The notes under the pieces were generated by a model that saw nothing but the letters and a program-made list of their open reading frames with translations, was not told where the DNA came from and made no database searches. A stretch of 64,000 nucleotides of DNA, taken from the NCBI GenBank assembly GCA_020184695.1, contig JAANOX010000161.1, positions 2,089 through 66,088 of the forward strand, in the 5' to 3' direction. The stretch's first letter is position 1. Every line of letters starts with the position of its first letter. This document shows, piece by piece, positions 39,973-51,221 of the stretch. The stretch is from Histomonas meleagridis 2922-C6/04-290x (Eukaryota; Protista; Parabasalia). The position numbers were made by a program, and so were the translations under genes.

Positions 39973-41380
39973 CTAAGGAATTGTGATATGAAAAATAGAC
40001 ATAAGTGTTGTGTCAAATAATTTAAATAATTTCCAAATATTATTTTGAAATCAAAAATTATTAAAATAAATTTTATCTTTAGCATTAATATCAATTCCTT
40101 CTTGTTCATGAAGTAATTTAACTATTTCTTTATAACCATATTCAGATGCAAACATAAGTGCTGTATTAAATAATTTAAATAATTTCCAAATATTATTTTA
40201 AAATATTAAATTATTAAGATAAATTTTAAACAAAACAAATAAATATTTTTGGCATTAATATCAATTCCTTCTTGTTCAATAAGTAATTTAACGATTTCTG
40301 TATGACCTTCATAAGATGCATTCATAAGTGCTGTATCAAATAATATAAATAATTTCCAAATATTATTTTGAAATATTCAATAATTAAAATAAATTTCAAA
40401 TAAAACAAATAAATATCTTTAGAATAAATATCAATTCCTTTTTGCTTTAAAATGTATGTAACAAGTTCAATATTTCCTGATAATGAAGCAAAAACTAAAA
40501 TATTTCCTGGAAGTTGATTATTTTTATGGAAATATTTTACAAGAAAAATATTTCCAATTTTTGCTGCTTTATTAATGATATTTTTATTAATTTTCATTCC
40601 TTCTTTTTCTAAATATGTAAAAATTTCATAATTAAAATATGAAACACATTTTTCTCCTAATTCTTTTAATTTGTTAATATCTTCAATTTTATTTTCATAA
40701 AGATATTTAAAGATATCATTTCGATGAAATTCAATTGCTGTTTTATATGCACCTTCAAATGATGAATGATTTTGTTCACATAAATGAATAATTTCTTCAT
40801 TTCCACCTGCAACTGCATATTTACCTGTATTATTTACTTTTGCATTATTCATAAGTAAATATTTAAAACTTTTAATTAATCCAAAAAATGCTGCATAATC
40901 AATTAATGTAACATTTTCTTCATTAATGAATGAACATTTTTCTTTATTAACAAAATCACATCTTTCATAAATCGATGGTACAATTTTTTGACTAAAATCA
41001 AAATTATTTTGTGATGATATTTCTTGAAGTTTTTCGATTTCATCATTTCGAATTATTTTCGCAATTTCATTTGGATTATGTCCTTCTCTAATTAGTTTCT
41101 TATGTAATTCCCAATCATTCTTTGAAAGTTCTTCATAATTTACAAAATCATGTTCCCTTAAAATTACTAATTTATCTTTAGACATATAATGCGCAAAATA
41201 AGCGCTTTGGTTGTTTTTTACAATGATTGGTTCAAGAAAATTATGTTCAATCATAGCTTCAAGTAGATAAGATGATTCATTTGTATAATTATTGATAAGA
41301 AATCGACCAAATATATCAAATATATTGGATTTGATTTTATTACTCTCTTCAAATGTTCTTATTTCTTTTATAATATTCAA
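39973..41380 (-). pseudogene. DUF3447-ankyrin gene, 5' end degraded, with spacer-separated repeats
   Basis: DUF3447 block paralogous to 10825-12111; repeat anchors at 40081, 40251 and 40421 (170-bp period); final spacer is the 63-nt type. Confidence 0.75.
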
Positions 41381-41763
41381 AAATAAATTTACTTTATTAT
41401 TTTTAATTACAAATTAATTACAATTAATTAGAAATTTTATTAATATCATATTCTGAAAAAGAAAAAGAATCAAAGATTTATGAATAATAAATAAAACATT
41501 ATAATATATTTAAACCCACATATCTGTTGAAAGAATAATAATAAAATAATATTGGAGGGGAAAAAAGGGTGTACACCTTTTAGTATAAGGATATTTTTAA
41601 TAAACTCAATGCAGATTTCCAACGATAGAATCAAATGAATGAAAAATCATCGGATTTATATTCAAAAACTGAAACAATAAACTGGGGAAGTTAAACCACA
41701 AATTCAAACATATAACTAAAGATTTAAAAACACAAAAACTATTTTAAAATATATACTAAAAAA

Positions 41764-42050
41764 TTAAACAAAATAGACAAAAATGCAAAAAATGATTAAG
41801 TGAATCACAGATGTTTGAAATAAAGAGATAAATGAGATAGTAATGATTAAATGAGATATGAAACTATATGTGTATATTGAAAGCCTAAATGTGATTGATA
41901 AAATGATTGAATTTCTATATGAATAAATTTGGTGTACTAAATCACAAATGGGAGAGACCAAATGATTTAATAAGCTGCACTAGAAGTTGAAATTAAAAAC
42001 GAAAATGTCTAAAAAGTCTATAAAAGGGGTAAAGAGAACAGGTGTTGTTT
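41764..42050 (-). pseudogene. Relic of an S/T-rich stalk plus TM of a surface protein
   Basis: SIILSITFRLSIYTYSFISHLII resembles the stalk of the BspA gene at 56740-56870. Confidence 0.4.
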
Positions 42051-42660
42051 CTTCAATATTTGTTGGTCAGAACAATTTTTTTATATCACATTTCCAAAAA
42101 CCCCGGGGAATTCCCCTTTTTTTTACACAATTTTTTTGCTACTAAAATTGACAAGGTTTGTCTGTAGCAAAAAACGAATCCCCAAATGAAAATATCTTAC
42201 TTTATAAATGAAATAAAATAATAAAAGTGGGCTTATTATTATCACCAATTAATTGTTTTAAGCATATATTCTTATTGATTTATATATAAACATTTTTTCT
42301 CTAATTGTCCTACAAACGAGTGAAAATGTGAAATTTTAGAAAATTTACTCTAAAAAGGTCTGAAAATTTCGAAAATTTACCGTCCCGAGTGAATGTTTTG
42401 TTTTTACTATAGCTCGGGATTAGTGTACATGAAAATGTTTCGCGTATCTATCGTTTTCCAAAATTTTTGTAGCGCTTAAAAAGAAAAAACATAACGATGT
42501 TTGCATATTATCTGTATATTGATTTTCTGGGATTCGTAAAAAATCAGTTTGTTCATCAAGTTTTTCCTTATCAAGATGAGTTGATTGAAATCCAAACTTT
42601 GATTGAGATCAAAATTTAAATTATTTACAAAACATTACTTTATTTATATAAAAACAATTT

Positions 42661-43896
42661 TCATTCTAAAGCAGCCGGTTTTTTCACTCCGTCGCATCTC
42701 CAATTTTTCATATAAATCATAAACAAAAACGCAAAAATTAAAGAAATCACAACAGATAACGTATGAATTATTATTTTTCTTATGAACAGTTTCTTATCGA
42801 AGTCATCTATATATCCCGTTTCTACACATCCAATCTCCATGTCACTTTTCTCCGTAAATTTGGAGTCGCACTTTTTCTCAAACTGTGAATTTTGTACAAC
42901 GATAAGGTTGTTTTCATGTGATATTTCATAAATTTTCTTGCTGCTAAAACAGCAGTTTCTAACAACAAGAGGATATCCACTTGTAACTGTAAGCGTATAT
43001 GTTGCGGACATACCACAATAAGCAAAAGCGCAATCAGTCATGTTGGAGCGTATATTATTAGTCTCAAACAGAAGGACAGCAGCAGTTGGCTTAATATTTG
43101 TATGATGTGAACATCTGTAGAATAAAGTGTTCTGACAAAGAAAGCTACTCAAGCTATAGACAACCATACACCCATTATGAACGCGTGCACTTGATTGATT
43201 AAAGATACAATTATTGATATAAAAATTGGATAAATGAACCTCGCCACAACCAACGCATTCGGAAGCATATGGTTGAGTGAAGTTGTTGAAATTGAATATT
43301 GTGTATGAATCTTTTGTGGAAGAATCTTGAAAAACGCCAAAATAAACGGCTTTCGTATCGTAAAATGAGGTAAAATTAACGGTCATCTTTTGATTAAAAG
43401 TGGCACAATGAGTGATGCATCCTGCTTCATTCCCTGAAACATTAATGAAACAACAATGTTGAAGTCCAATGCTATTGGCTGAATAAATAGCTCCCCCATT
43501 ATAACCTCTTATGTCTTGAAATTTGGTATTTCGGATTATTGCATCACCAAGACAAGAAAGTGCAGCACCATTGGTCGAAGTAGATATGATTTTATAAAAT
43601 GTGCATTTTTCAACCTCAATGGTTGTGAACCAATTCATGAATTGCCGAGATAAAATTTGATATGATAGTATTTGAGATTCTGTGGTTATTACACGACTTA
43701 AAAAGGAAGAGAATGTTGAGGAGTAGAAAGAAGCTTTGGAGCATGCTTGATTTGTTGAATAAAAAAATGTGGAAAAAAAGTTAACACATCGAAGATTATG
43801 AAATTTAAGGTTATGTGTAACTTTGGATTGTGGTAGAGAAGTAAATGGATAATTATTCAAAGATGACAGAGATAATGATATAAGAGTAAGATTCAT
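42661..43896 (-). CDS. Beta-helix (Pmp-like) surface membrane protein
   Basis: GGAI-type motifs (NGAALSC, NGGAIYS), repeated NC.F turns and a C-terminal TM; ATG 43896. Confidence 0.7.
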   Translation of the reverse strand: MNLTLISLSLSSLNNYPFTSLPQSKVTHNLKFHNLRCVNFFSTFFYSTNQACSKASFYSSTFSSFLSRVITTESQILSYQILSRQFMNWFTTIEVEKCTFYKIISTSTNGAALSCLGDAIIRNTKFQDIRGYNGGAIYSANSIGLQHCCFINVSGNEAGCITHCATFNQKMTVNFTSFYDTKAVYFGVFQDSSTKDSYTIFNFNNFTQPYASECVGCGEVHLSNFYINNCIFNQSSARVHNGCMVVYSLSSFLCQNTLFYRCSHHTNIKPTAAVLLFETNNIRSNMTDCAFAYCGMSATYTLTVTSGYPLVVRNCCFSSKKIYEISHENNLIVVQNSQFEKKCDSKFTEKSDMEIGCVETGYIDDFDKKLFIRKIIIHTLSVVISLIFAFLFMIYMKNWRCDGVKKPAALE

Positions 43897-44253
43897 TTGT
43901 TTCTTTTGGAAACTAATTTTGATAAGTTTATTTATACCACCCCAAGTTTGTAACGAAGCACACTCCAAAAACAATAGAGAAAATCATAAAACAACATAAG
44001 CACAAATAAATTTATATCCACATATTTAATCAGTGTAATTTTAAGAAAAAATTGCAAATTTCCAGAACTTACAAATTATATTATCCATATGTTTTCTCCA
44101 AGCTGATGATTTTAATTTTGATGTCAATGATATTTTATGGTTAATTATATTGATGAAGAATTTGCATATAGCATAGAAGATAAAGATTAAATACAAAACA
44201 TTACCAAAAAATGAAAATTTAACAATGTCTATCAATTGAAACGGCAGTTCAAA

Positions 44254-44781
44254 ATGAAGTTGTTTAGAAGAAATAAAGATAAAAAACAAGATATAGAAAC
44301 AATAGAGACAAAACCAAAAAGAGCAGTTCTTATTGGATTTGGTGCAACAGGAAAAACAACACTTTTTGAATTATTATGTGATAAATTTTCCGGAGAAAAC
44401 AAATCAAACTATTTCATTTTTGGCAATCAAAATACTATAGTTGATACTCCAGGAGGTGAAAGCTATGCCTCCTTAATTCCAATGTATACCCGTGATGCTG
44501 ATTTAATTATTTGTGTGGTCAGCCCTGATGACAATCAACACATTAATTCTTTAAAATTCTTAGTTGATATTCAAAAAAGTTATTCAGTGAAATCATCTCA
44601 AATTATTATTCTTATGAATAAGTGTGATATAAAAGAAAAACTTTATTTTACATTAGATGACTTGAAGAAACAATGTAGTGAACTTTTAAGTGGTTTTGAC
44701 TATAAAATATTTGAAGTATCTGCTCTTTCAAATACCAATATTGAACCCTTATTAGAAGAACTTCATCAAATTTTTAAATAA
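44254..44781 (+). CDS. Divergent small GTPase
   Basis: GFGATGKTT, DTPG, NKCD and VSA motifs; no C-terminal prenylation Cys. Confidence 0.8.
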   Translation: MKLFRRNKDKKQDIETIETKPKRAVLIGFGATGKTTLFELLCDKFSGENKSNYFIFGNQNTIVDTPGGESYASLIPMYTRDADLIICVVSPDDNQHINSLKFLVDIQKSYSVKSSQIIILMNKCDIKEKLYFTLDDLKKQCSELLSGFDYKIFEVSALSNTNIEPLLEELHQIFK

Positions 44782-44960
44782 AGTTCTTTTAAAATCTTTC
44801 TCTTAAAAAACATAAAAGAATGTTGTTGAGATATAATATTAACTAAAATCCTTCACGATGGGAAATCAATTTTATTTTTATGTTGGGCACCCCGTGGTAA
44901 AATTCTCAAAAATATTTAATGGTTTACATTTATTCAAAAAAATTGAAAATTTTTTCCTTT

Positions 44961-45560
44961 TCAGTTGCAGCATGATTTTTTGGTGTTAATGGGTTGTGTT
45001 ATATCCTGGGTAGATGTCTTTTCGACTGTCTTTGTGAAATCATATGCAAGTTTAGCAACTTGAATAAATGCATTTTCAACATTCTCTCCAGAAAACGCAG
45101 AAACATAGAAAATGGAATTGAACTGATCTGAGAAACGTTCTTCAATTTCTTCTCTTGTCATAACCGCAGAATCTTCAAGATCAATTTTGTTTACCGCAAG
45201 AATTGCAGGTGGTACTTTTTCGCATGAATTGTTTAATAGATCCATCCATATTTTTAGGGATTCGAATGATTCCAGGTCGGTAATTGATGCTGTTACAAAT
45301 GCAGCAGAAGCAGATCGAACGTAAAGAGGTGTAAGTGATTGAAACTGTTCTTGCCCTGATGTATCCCAAAGGTATAAATCCATTTCTGACTTTTCTATCT
45401 TGATTGTTTTTCGCTGATGATTAGCACCAATTGTTGGATTTATCAAGTTGGAAAACACACCAGTAGACCAACGTACAGCAAGAGAAGTTTTTCCTACGCC
45501 GGAATTCCCGAGGAGTACGACTTTGCAATTAAGCTTGGTGTTTTCGCCTGGACTGTCCAT
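44961..45560 (-). CDS. Rab-family GTPase
   Basis: GNSGVGKT, WDTSGQE, NKID and C-terminal CCN. Confidence 0.93.
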   Translation of the reverse strand: MDSPGENTKLNCKVVLLGNSGVGKTSLAVRWSTGVFSNLINPTIGANHQRKTIKIEKSEMDLYLWDTSGQEQFQSLTPLYVRSASAAFVTASITDLESFESLKIWMDLLNNSCEKVPPAILAVNKIDLEDSAVMTREEIEERFSDQFNSIFYVSAFSGENVENAFIQVAKLAYDFTKTVEKTSTQDITQPINTKKSCCN

Positions 45561-46018
45561 TTCTGAACTTTTTCGGTTAGGGTTTTCAATGAACGGCGCG
45601 ATAAATATGGTTTTGGGGCACCCCGCTTACTGTTCAACACCTTTCAAAAAAACTTTATCTAAATCAGGCAAACATGTTATATAAAAAATTTCGAATTGAA
45701 TACTCAAAAAATAAAAATAAAATCTCGAATAACAAAATTAAATCTGCAATAAAAGTAAAATGTATTTTATGAATAATTATCAAAATGGTGGACAATTTTT
45801 AAATATAATAAATATATCTTTAACTTCTTGATGAATTTATAAAATGTCTCAACAAACATTTGTATACACCATAATATAGAATTTTTTTAAAAATATTTTA
45901 CTCAATTTAAATTAATTTAGGAATGCAATATCAATAGTTATATTGATAAATTATTCTCACAAGTTTTCATTTTCAATTCTTGCTTATGAATAATATTTTT
46001 TTTTAAGGAAAAATTAAA

Positions 46019-46720
46019 CTAACACATTAACAAGATTATGAATGCATAATGCGTTTTCATCTCAATTTCGTATATTGCTAATGAGTGTGTAACTGATAGC
46101 GTACTTGTTAACGTATAAGAAAATGATTTTGTTATCACATCAGAGAATGTATTCCATTGTGAAAATGTATTCGAATTGAAAAATGAGTGGGTTGGTATTG
46201 GGTTGCTTATTCCAGTTATGGATTGAATCATTACAAATAAATTTTGTGTCTGCAAATGTAAGATATGTTATTGCTGTACTAACATCATAAATAAAATGCA
46301 CTTACACTAATAGTTGGCTCTGTATTTCTATAAAAATTGATATATATTTCAGATGTTGTAACAACTTCCAAATGCTGGATTTCCAATGAATTTAATTCAA
46401 AATTTTTGAGTGACGATCTGCATAACATGTTATTGAAATAAGCAAAATCAGATGCTTCATTTATTTAAGATTTCACATTTAAAATCAAAAGATATCTTTT
46501 GATTAGCACTATTCATACTTGAAATGGGTGTGAGCATAATGACTTAAACTCATTGTGATGCCACTATTTTCAAAATATCAGTAAACCTCAAATCCCATTT
46601 TTGATTATGTTGCTGTTGTCTGTTATACCTTATGCAGTTCAACATATTATAGATTTGCAATTACATCAGTTACAGCTCCAAACGATAAATATTTGATCGT
46701 TTCCCAATGAATTCCATTCA
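46019..46720 (-). pseudogene. Decayed surface-protein gene (S/T-rich stalk remnant)
   Basis: THSFFNSNTFSQWNTFSDVITKSFSYTLTSTLSVTHS resembles BspA/Pmp stalks; upstream frames are broken. Confidence 0.5.
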
Positions 46721-46783
46721 AAAAGTCAAAACAATAGTTTACAAACAGTTCTATTTATTCATTTTACATTTACATCACCTGAT

Positions 46784-48103
46784 TCAGTCGATTTGATGGC
46801 ACCAACCAGTGATATTTACACAGTTCAAAAGGTAGCAGTTTCTACACCAGTTGTCATCGACCATATTTCTGAAGAATAAAACTAATGTAACCATATAAAG
46901 AACAGACATCACCGGAAATGCCAAAAATGCGACAGCTCCATGGCAAAACCTTTGACATTTGCCGAAGTTTAAGTTGGGTAACATCATTAAAGCGAACAAA
47001 AATCCCATTACAAATCCTCCGACATGAGAAAAGTTATCAACGTAAGGTGTAATGCCAACAGCTAAGAGTATTATGATCGCTAAGATCATTCCAATGAGGG
47101 TCAAGACGGGCCTCTTAGTAGTTTTCCAAGATGCAATTAAATCTCCAAGTAACATGCCAACATATCCTAACATTGTACCTGTGGCTCCACATGAAACAGC
47201 AGATGAAACAAAGAGACATGAAGCAATATAGCCATAAGTACCAGAAATGAAAAATAGAATAAACGCTTTCCAAAATCCTGCGTCGCGTTCAATCTTACGT
47301 GTGAAAATAACAAGAATAACAGTGATAACAAAGGAAATTATACCATTTTGTACGAAAATAGCTGTGATAATTCGCCAAATGTCTCCTCCGATTACAAGTG
47401 GACCATACTTAGCACCCATTTGAATCATAGTACTTTCATCAGGACCAAACATAGGGTTGACTGACATGGATTTAAATCCACCACTTTGAAGAATTTCACA
47501 TACAAATACTAAAAGCATAATAAGAGTTGTTCCAACGGTCCAGATAAGTGGTGTAGGTGCTTGGATGTGAATAAGTGTCGTTGGTTGAATGCCTCTTGTT
47601 GAGGAATTTGCTGAATGAACAGATCTTGATCGATTTTGACGGCTGCCATTAACTGATTGAGGGCGTATAGCACGAGAATTTCCTTGGCGATTGGGGTTTT
47701 GGCCCGAAACTGTTGTGCTTCTAACTCTTGGGTTTTGATGAGAATTTGGTGCAGCAAATGTAGTGCTTCTACTTCGTGAAGGGTTGCCTCCTCCTGATCT
47801 ATTGCTATTTGCGTGTGTCTTTGGTGTATTTCTGAATGAAGACCTTTGTCTATTAGAATTTGGTTTTGAACCAGCATTAGTAAAGCGAACCGAAATTCCA
47901 CTTGCAGCAGGTGTTGCTACGTTTTCATCCCACCAATTTGCGTTGTCGTTATCGTCTGATTGTTCAAATGGTGGTGGAGCGAAAGAAACAGTTCCGTGAT
48001 TAGGTCTATTGTTTTTTGTTGATGATGAACTTGAGTTTGAACTTGAACTTGAGCTTGAACTTTCGCTTCCAGAGGAGTCGTAGCTATCTTCTTGATCAAT
48101 CAT
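46784..48103 (-). CDS. Rhomboid-family protein, probably catalytically inactive, with a Ser/Asn/Arg-rich N-terminus
   Basis: NPMFGP, WR motif, GATG in place of GxSG, and HVGGF in TM6; ATG 48103. Confidence 0.88.
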   Translation of the reverse strand: MIDQEDSYDSSGSESSSSSSSSNSSSSSTKNNRPNHGTVSFAPPPFEQSDDNDNANWWDENVATPAASGISVRFTNAGSKPNSNRQRSSFRNTPKTHANSNRSGGGNPSRSRSTTFAAPNSHQNPRVRSTTVSGQNPNRQGNSRAIRPQSVNGSRQNRSRSVHSANSSTRGIQPTTLIHIQAPTPLIWTVGTTLIMLLVFVCEILQSGGFKSMSVNPMFGPDESTMIQMGAKYGPLVIGGDIWRIITAIFVQNGIISFVITVILVIFTRKIERDAGFWKAFILFFISGTYGYIASCLFVSSAVSCGATGTMLGYVGMLLGDLIASWKTTKRPVLTLIGMILAIIILLAVGITPYVDNFSHVGGFVMGFLFALMMLPNLNFGKCQRFCHGAVAFLAFPVMSVLYMVTLVLFFRNMVDDNWCRNCYLLNCVNITGWCHQID

Positions 48104-48402
48104 ATTTTTGTGACTCAAGTTTTTCTGAGAATTATATATTCTTTGAATACACCGGAATTCAAATCCAGTTTTTTAAAAGAAAGACCGCTCGTTTTTCAAT
48201 GGATAAAAGGTCTAAAAAGGCTTGCATGGAAAAGTGACGCCACCAATAAATTGGCAAGCTCAGACTATCGGAAAAAATTTGAGTTTTTGTGAAATATAAA
48301 GAAGAACTTCATGAAACTGTTTTAAAGAGATGAACTTTATGATTATATAGATTTAATGAAAACTTTTGTAAAAAAATGATCATTATTTTTTAAAGGAGAG
48401 GA

Positions 48403-48825
48403 TTACAAGGTAAGTTTATTGCTAAAATGTACACAAACATAAAACACAACAAAAAACATGAAAATACCAAACAGTGGTGAAAATAAAAAAATAAATATCG
48501 CAATAACAATTATAATCGAAAATAAAACACGCTCAAGTTTCATCATCTGTGTCGATCCTTTTCTTGATATTGGCGTTACTTGACTACTTTTTTGCGTTTT
48601 TTTCTTTTCAATTGCTTCTTTTTTCTTTTTCTTGTGAGCCATATTTTTATGTTTTCTTTTGGTTTGAATGGGTGTTGGAGAAGAACTTGATGTTGATGAT
48701 GAATATTGTCTATAATCATTCATCATATTCATTTTTCTTGAAAATTTAAGGTTATTTGTGCTCACTTTCCTTGTGCCCTTTGTTGTCTGGTCAATTGAAA
48801 AAGGATCTTCCCAGAGTGACCTCAT
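48403..48825 (-). CDS. Small basic protein with a C-terminal hydrophobic anchor
   Basis: Lys-rich middle and long C-terminal hydrophobic segment. Confidence 0.6.
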   Translation of the reverse strand: MRSLWEDPFSIDQTTKGTRKVSTNNLKFSRKMNMMNDYRQYSSSTSSSSPTPIQTKRKHKNMAHKKKKKEAIEKKKTQKSSQVTPISRKGSTQMMKLERVLFSIIIVIAIFIFLFSPLFGIFMFFVVFYVCVHFSNKLTL

Positions 48826-49489
48826 TCCAATTATGCACGTTTATCAATTCATAGGGTACCCTAAACGCAAAAAGTCAACCATCGGCATGGGTGCCCTATC
48901 GTCATTGCCACTTTTGATAATTGGTTCTTTCAATTGAGGCCCCAAATAAATATTTGAAAGGATTACGAAAAATTTATTTAGCGAAGACAAAACCACACAT
49001 TAACTTTCTCAAAATGAATCATCGTAAGTAAAAAATGAAATCAAAAACGGAAACACTTTTGTTGGTTGTGAAATGTTTACTATAATAACTATTTCGGAAT
49101 CAGTTTATAATAAATCATACTTTAAATTTATATAAGGTGTTTCAATTTTGTGTAAGAATTCAATCTAATTTTCAGCAAAACATAGGAGCTGTTGTATACG
49201 GTTTTCATTTAGTTCTGTTTTATTTTTTAAGTTGTTTAAGAAAACTTATGATGATCATCAATATTTAACATTCCGTTTAAATAGTTTAAGACGAGATTTA
49301 CCTCTTTGAAAAAGTTTATTTTTTTATTCAACTGTTGATTACGAAATCTATAGAATAAAAAAAGGCAATGAAATAAGGTTTTTGATAGTTATCTGATAGC
49401 TTGACAATTCAAATTTTTGCTTCCAATTTTAAGTCAAAACAGATAGAAACTTCTTGGGCAAAACCCAATAATTTATCATAGCCCAAAAA

Positions 49490-50965
49490 ATGATTTTCCA
49501 TTATTTAAGGAATTACTTAATATTATTAATTATGTTTTCTTTAATATGTTCTACAAAATTAGTAAATGCAAAAGAATTGTATCCAAAAATAGAAACAATT
49601 GATCATGGATACTGGAAACAAATAAGGATATGTTTGCCGCCTTTTAACTGGGCGATTCCAAATGGTATCAAGGAAAATCAGCTTTCACAATTTTGGATTC
49701 AACCAGAAAACATGAGACATTTTTTAGACACCAATGTTTCTGATCATTGTGGTGTTGTACGTGTCGTACATAATGGAAGCGTCAAATTGCCATTACCTTC
49801 ATATGAAAATGTTACTCATTACATAAATGATAAAGGCCCACCACAGCAAACCGATTCGCCAAACTACAAGACAATGGTTATATTAACAGGTCATTGGGGC
49901 TATTTCTTCCAACATTTTTTCGATAACATTGGAACGCATTTTGGATTATTTACCTTTGCGTTTCCGGACATTAACTTTAACGAAGTAACGGCAGTTGTCG
50001 AATTATCATCTCGCTATCCAAATGTACCAAAGTTATGGGATCGATTTGGGTTCAAAGAAGTTTTATCTGCGAAACGAACATACACTGCCGAAACATTAAT
50101 ATATATTGAAATATGTCCGCGTGTACATCCGATGTTTTTTGATAAACTTCGGGAACATTTAAAGCTCGAGTTATCCACGCCGGAAGTAATAATTTTTCTC
50201 TGTCGAAAGCCATCGAATTCGTATTATCATCAACGATTTATACAAAATCAAGAAGATGTAATTTCGACATTAAAATCTCTATACGGAGAGAATTTGGTTA
50301 TTTATGATCACTCACAACATACTCTCGAAGAAACAATAAAACTTTTCGGGAAAGCAAAAGCAATTATTGGCGTTCATGGAGGTGCTTTTTATAATCAATT
50401 CTTCTCTCCGAAGGACACAACAATTGTGGAAATAATGCCAATCAAAAGTGACGGCCTTTATCCTGATCAATTATATAAGGAAAAAGTTCCCTCTTTCGCA
50501 CACATGGCGATGTGGTCGAATTCAATTTTGATTGGACAAAAATTCTGGAGGTTCTATCAAATAGCAAATTCAATGAGTTTCAGTGTTGACATCGATAATT
50601 TCAAGCAATTTTTAATTGACATCCCAGAATTGAATGACTTCCTCACACAACAGTATAGAAAAGTTCAAATTGAAACAAAAGGCGATACCGACGGTTACGA
50701 TATTGAAAATTTGAATGACGATATGGAAATTGAAAGTCTCCAAATCGGTTTTGAAGCCGAAAACCCAACACACGGTTATGATATTGAAAATACAAAAATG
50801 AATGAAAATGAAAGCGAAAAACAAAATTTGAAAACTTTGAAAGGAAATGTCCTCGTTTTGATTTGCATGTTTTCTTCGGCTATATTAGTTTTGTATATTG
50901 AATTTTTGAAAAGCCGAAATCATAACTTGTTCAGAAAGACAACTGATATAAAACACATAGTTTGA
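49490..50965 (+). CDS. Glycosyltransferase family 61 (DUF563)-like protein
   Basis: R...N..DV, IKLFGKAKAIIGVHGGAFYNQFF and TTIVEI are typical of GT61. Start may be ATG 49532. Confidence 0.75.
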   Translation: MIFHYLRNYLILLIMFSLICSTKLVNAKELYPKIETIDHGYWKQIRICLPPFNWAIPNGIKENQLSQFWIQPENMRHFLDTNVSDHCGVVRVVHNGSVKLPLPSYENVTHYINDKGPPQQTDSPNYKTMVILTGHWGYFFQHFFDNIGTHFGLFTFAFPDINFNEVTAVVELSSRYPNVPKLWDRFGFKEVLSAKRTYTAETLIYIEICPRVHPMFFDKLREHLKLELSTPEVIIFLCRKPSNSYYHQRFIQNQEDVISTLKSLYGENLVIYDHSQHTLEETIKLFGKAKAIIGVHGGAFYNQFFSPKDTTIVEIMPIKSDGLYPDQLYKEKVPSFAHMAMWSNSILIGQKFWRFYQIANSMSFSVDIDNFKQFLIDIPELNDFLTQQYRKVQIETKGDTDGYDIENLNDDMEIESLQIGFEAENPTHGYDIENTKMNENESEKQNLKTLKGNVLVLICMFSSAILVLYIEFLKSRNHNLFRKTTDIKHIV

Positions 50966-51221
50966 TACAATAAAAATAAAATTTCATTATATTTTTGATG
51001 TAAAAATTTGAAATTAATGAAATTTCATCAAAAACAATTTCTCGATCACATTTAGTCAAAAATTATTTTGTTTCAATTTACACGCTTTTTGATACAACCT
51101 TTGCTAAATGTATAAATACTTTGCATAACTTTGGTGTGTACAACCATTTTACTCAAAAGTTTTGAGTCAAAAGAATTAAAATTTTGGTAAATGAGGTGAA
51201 CGTTTAGACAGAAAAGAGAAA

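Noticed and set aside
46018-46038. ACTAACACATTAACAAG resembling the trichomonad intron 3' motif
   Set aside because: It lies in a non-coding relic on the strand opposite the pseudogene, with no plus-strand exon or 5' GT partner.
48016-48070. gaacttgagtttgaacttgaacttgagcttgaac microsatellite
   Set aside because: Simply encodes the poly-Ser tract of the rhomboid N-terminus.
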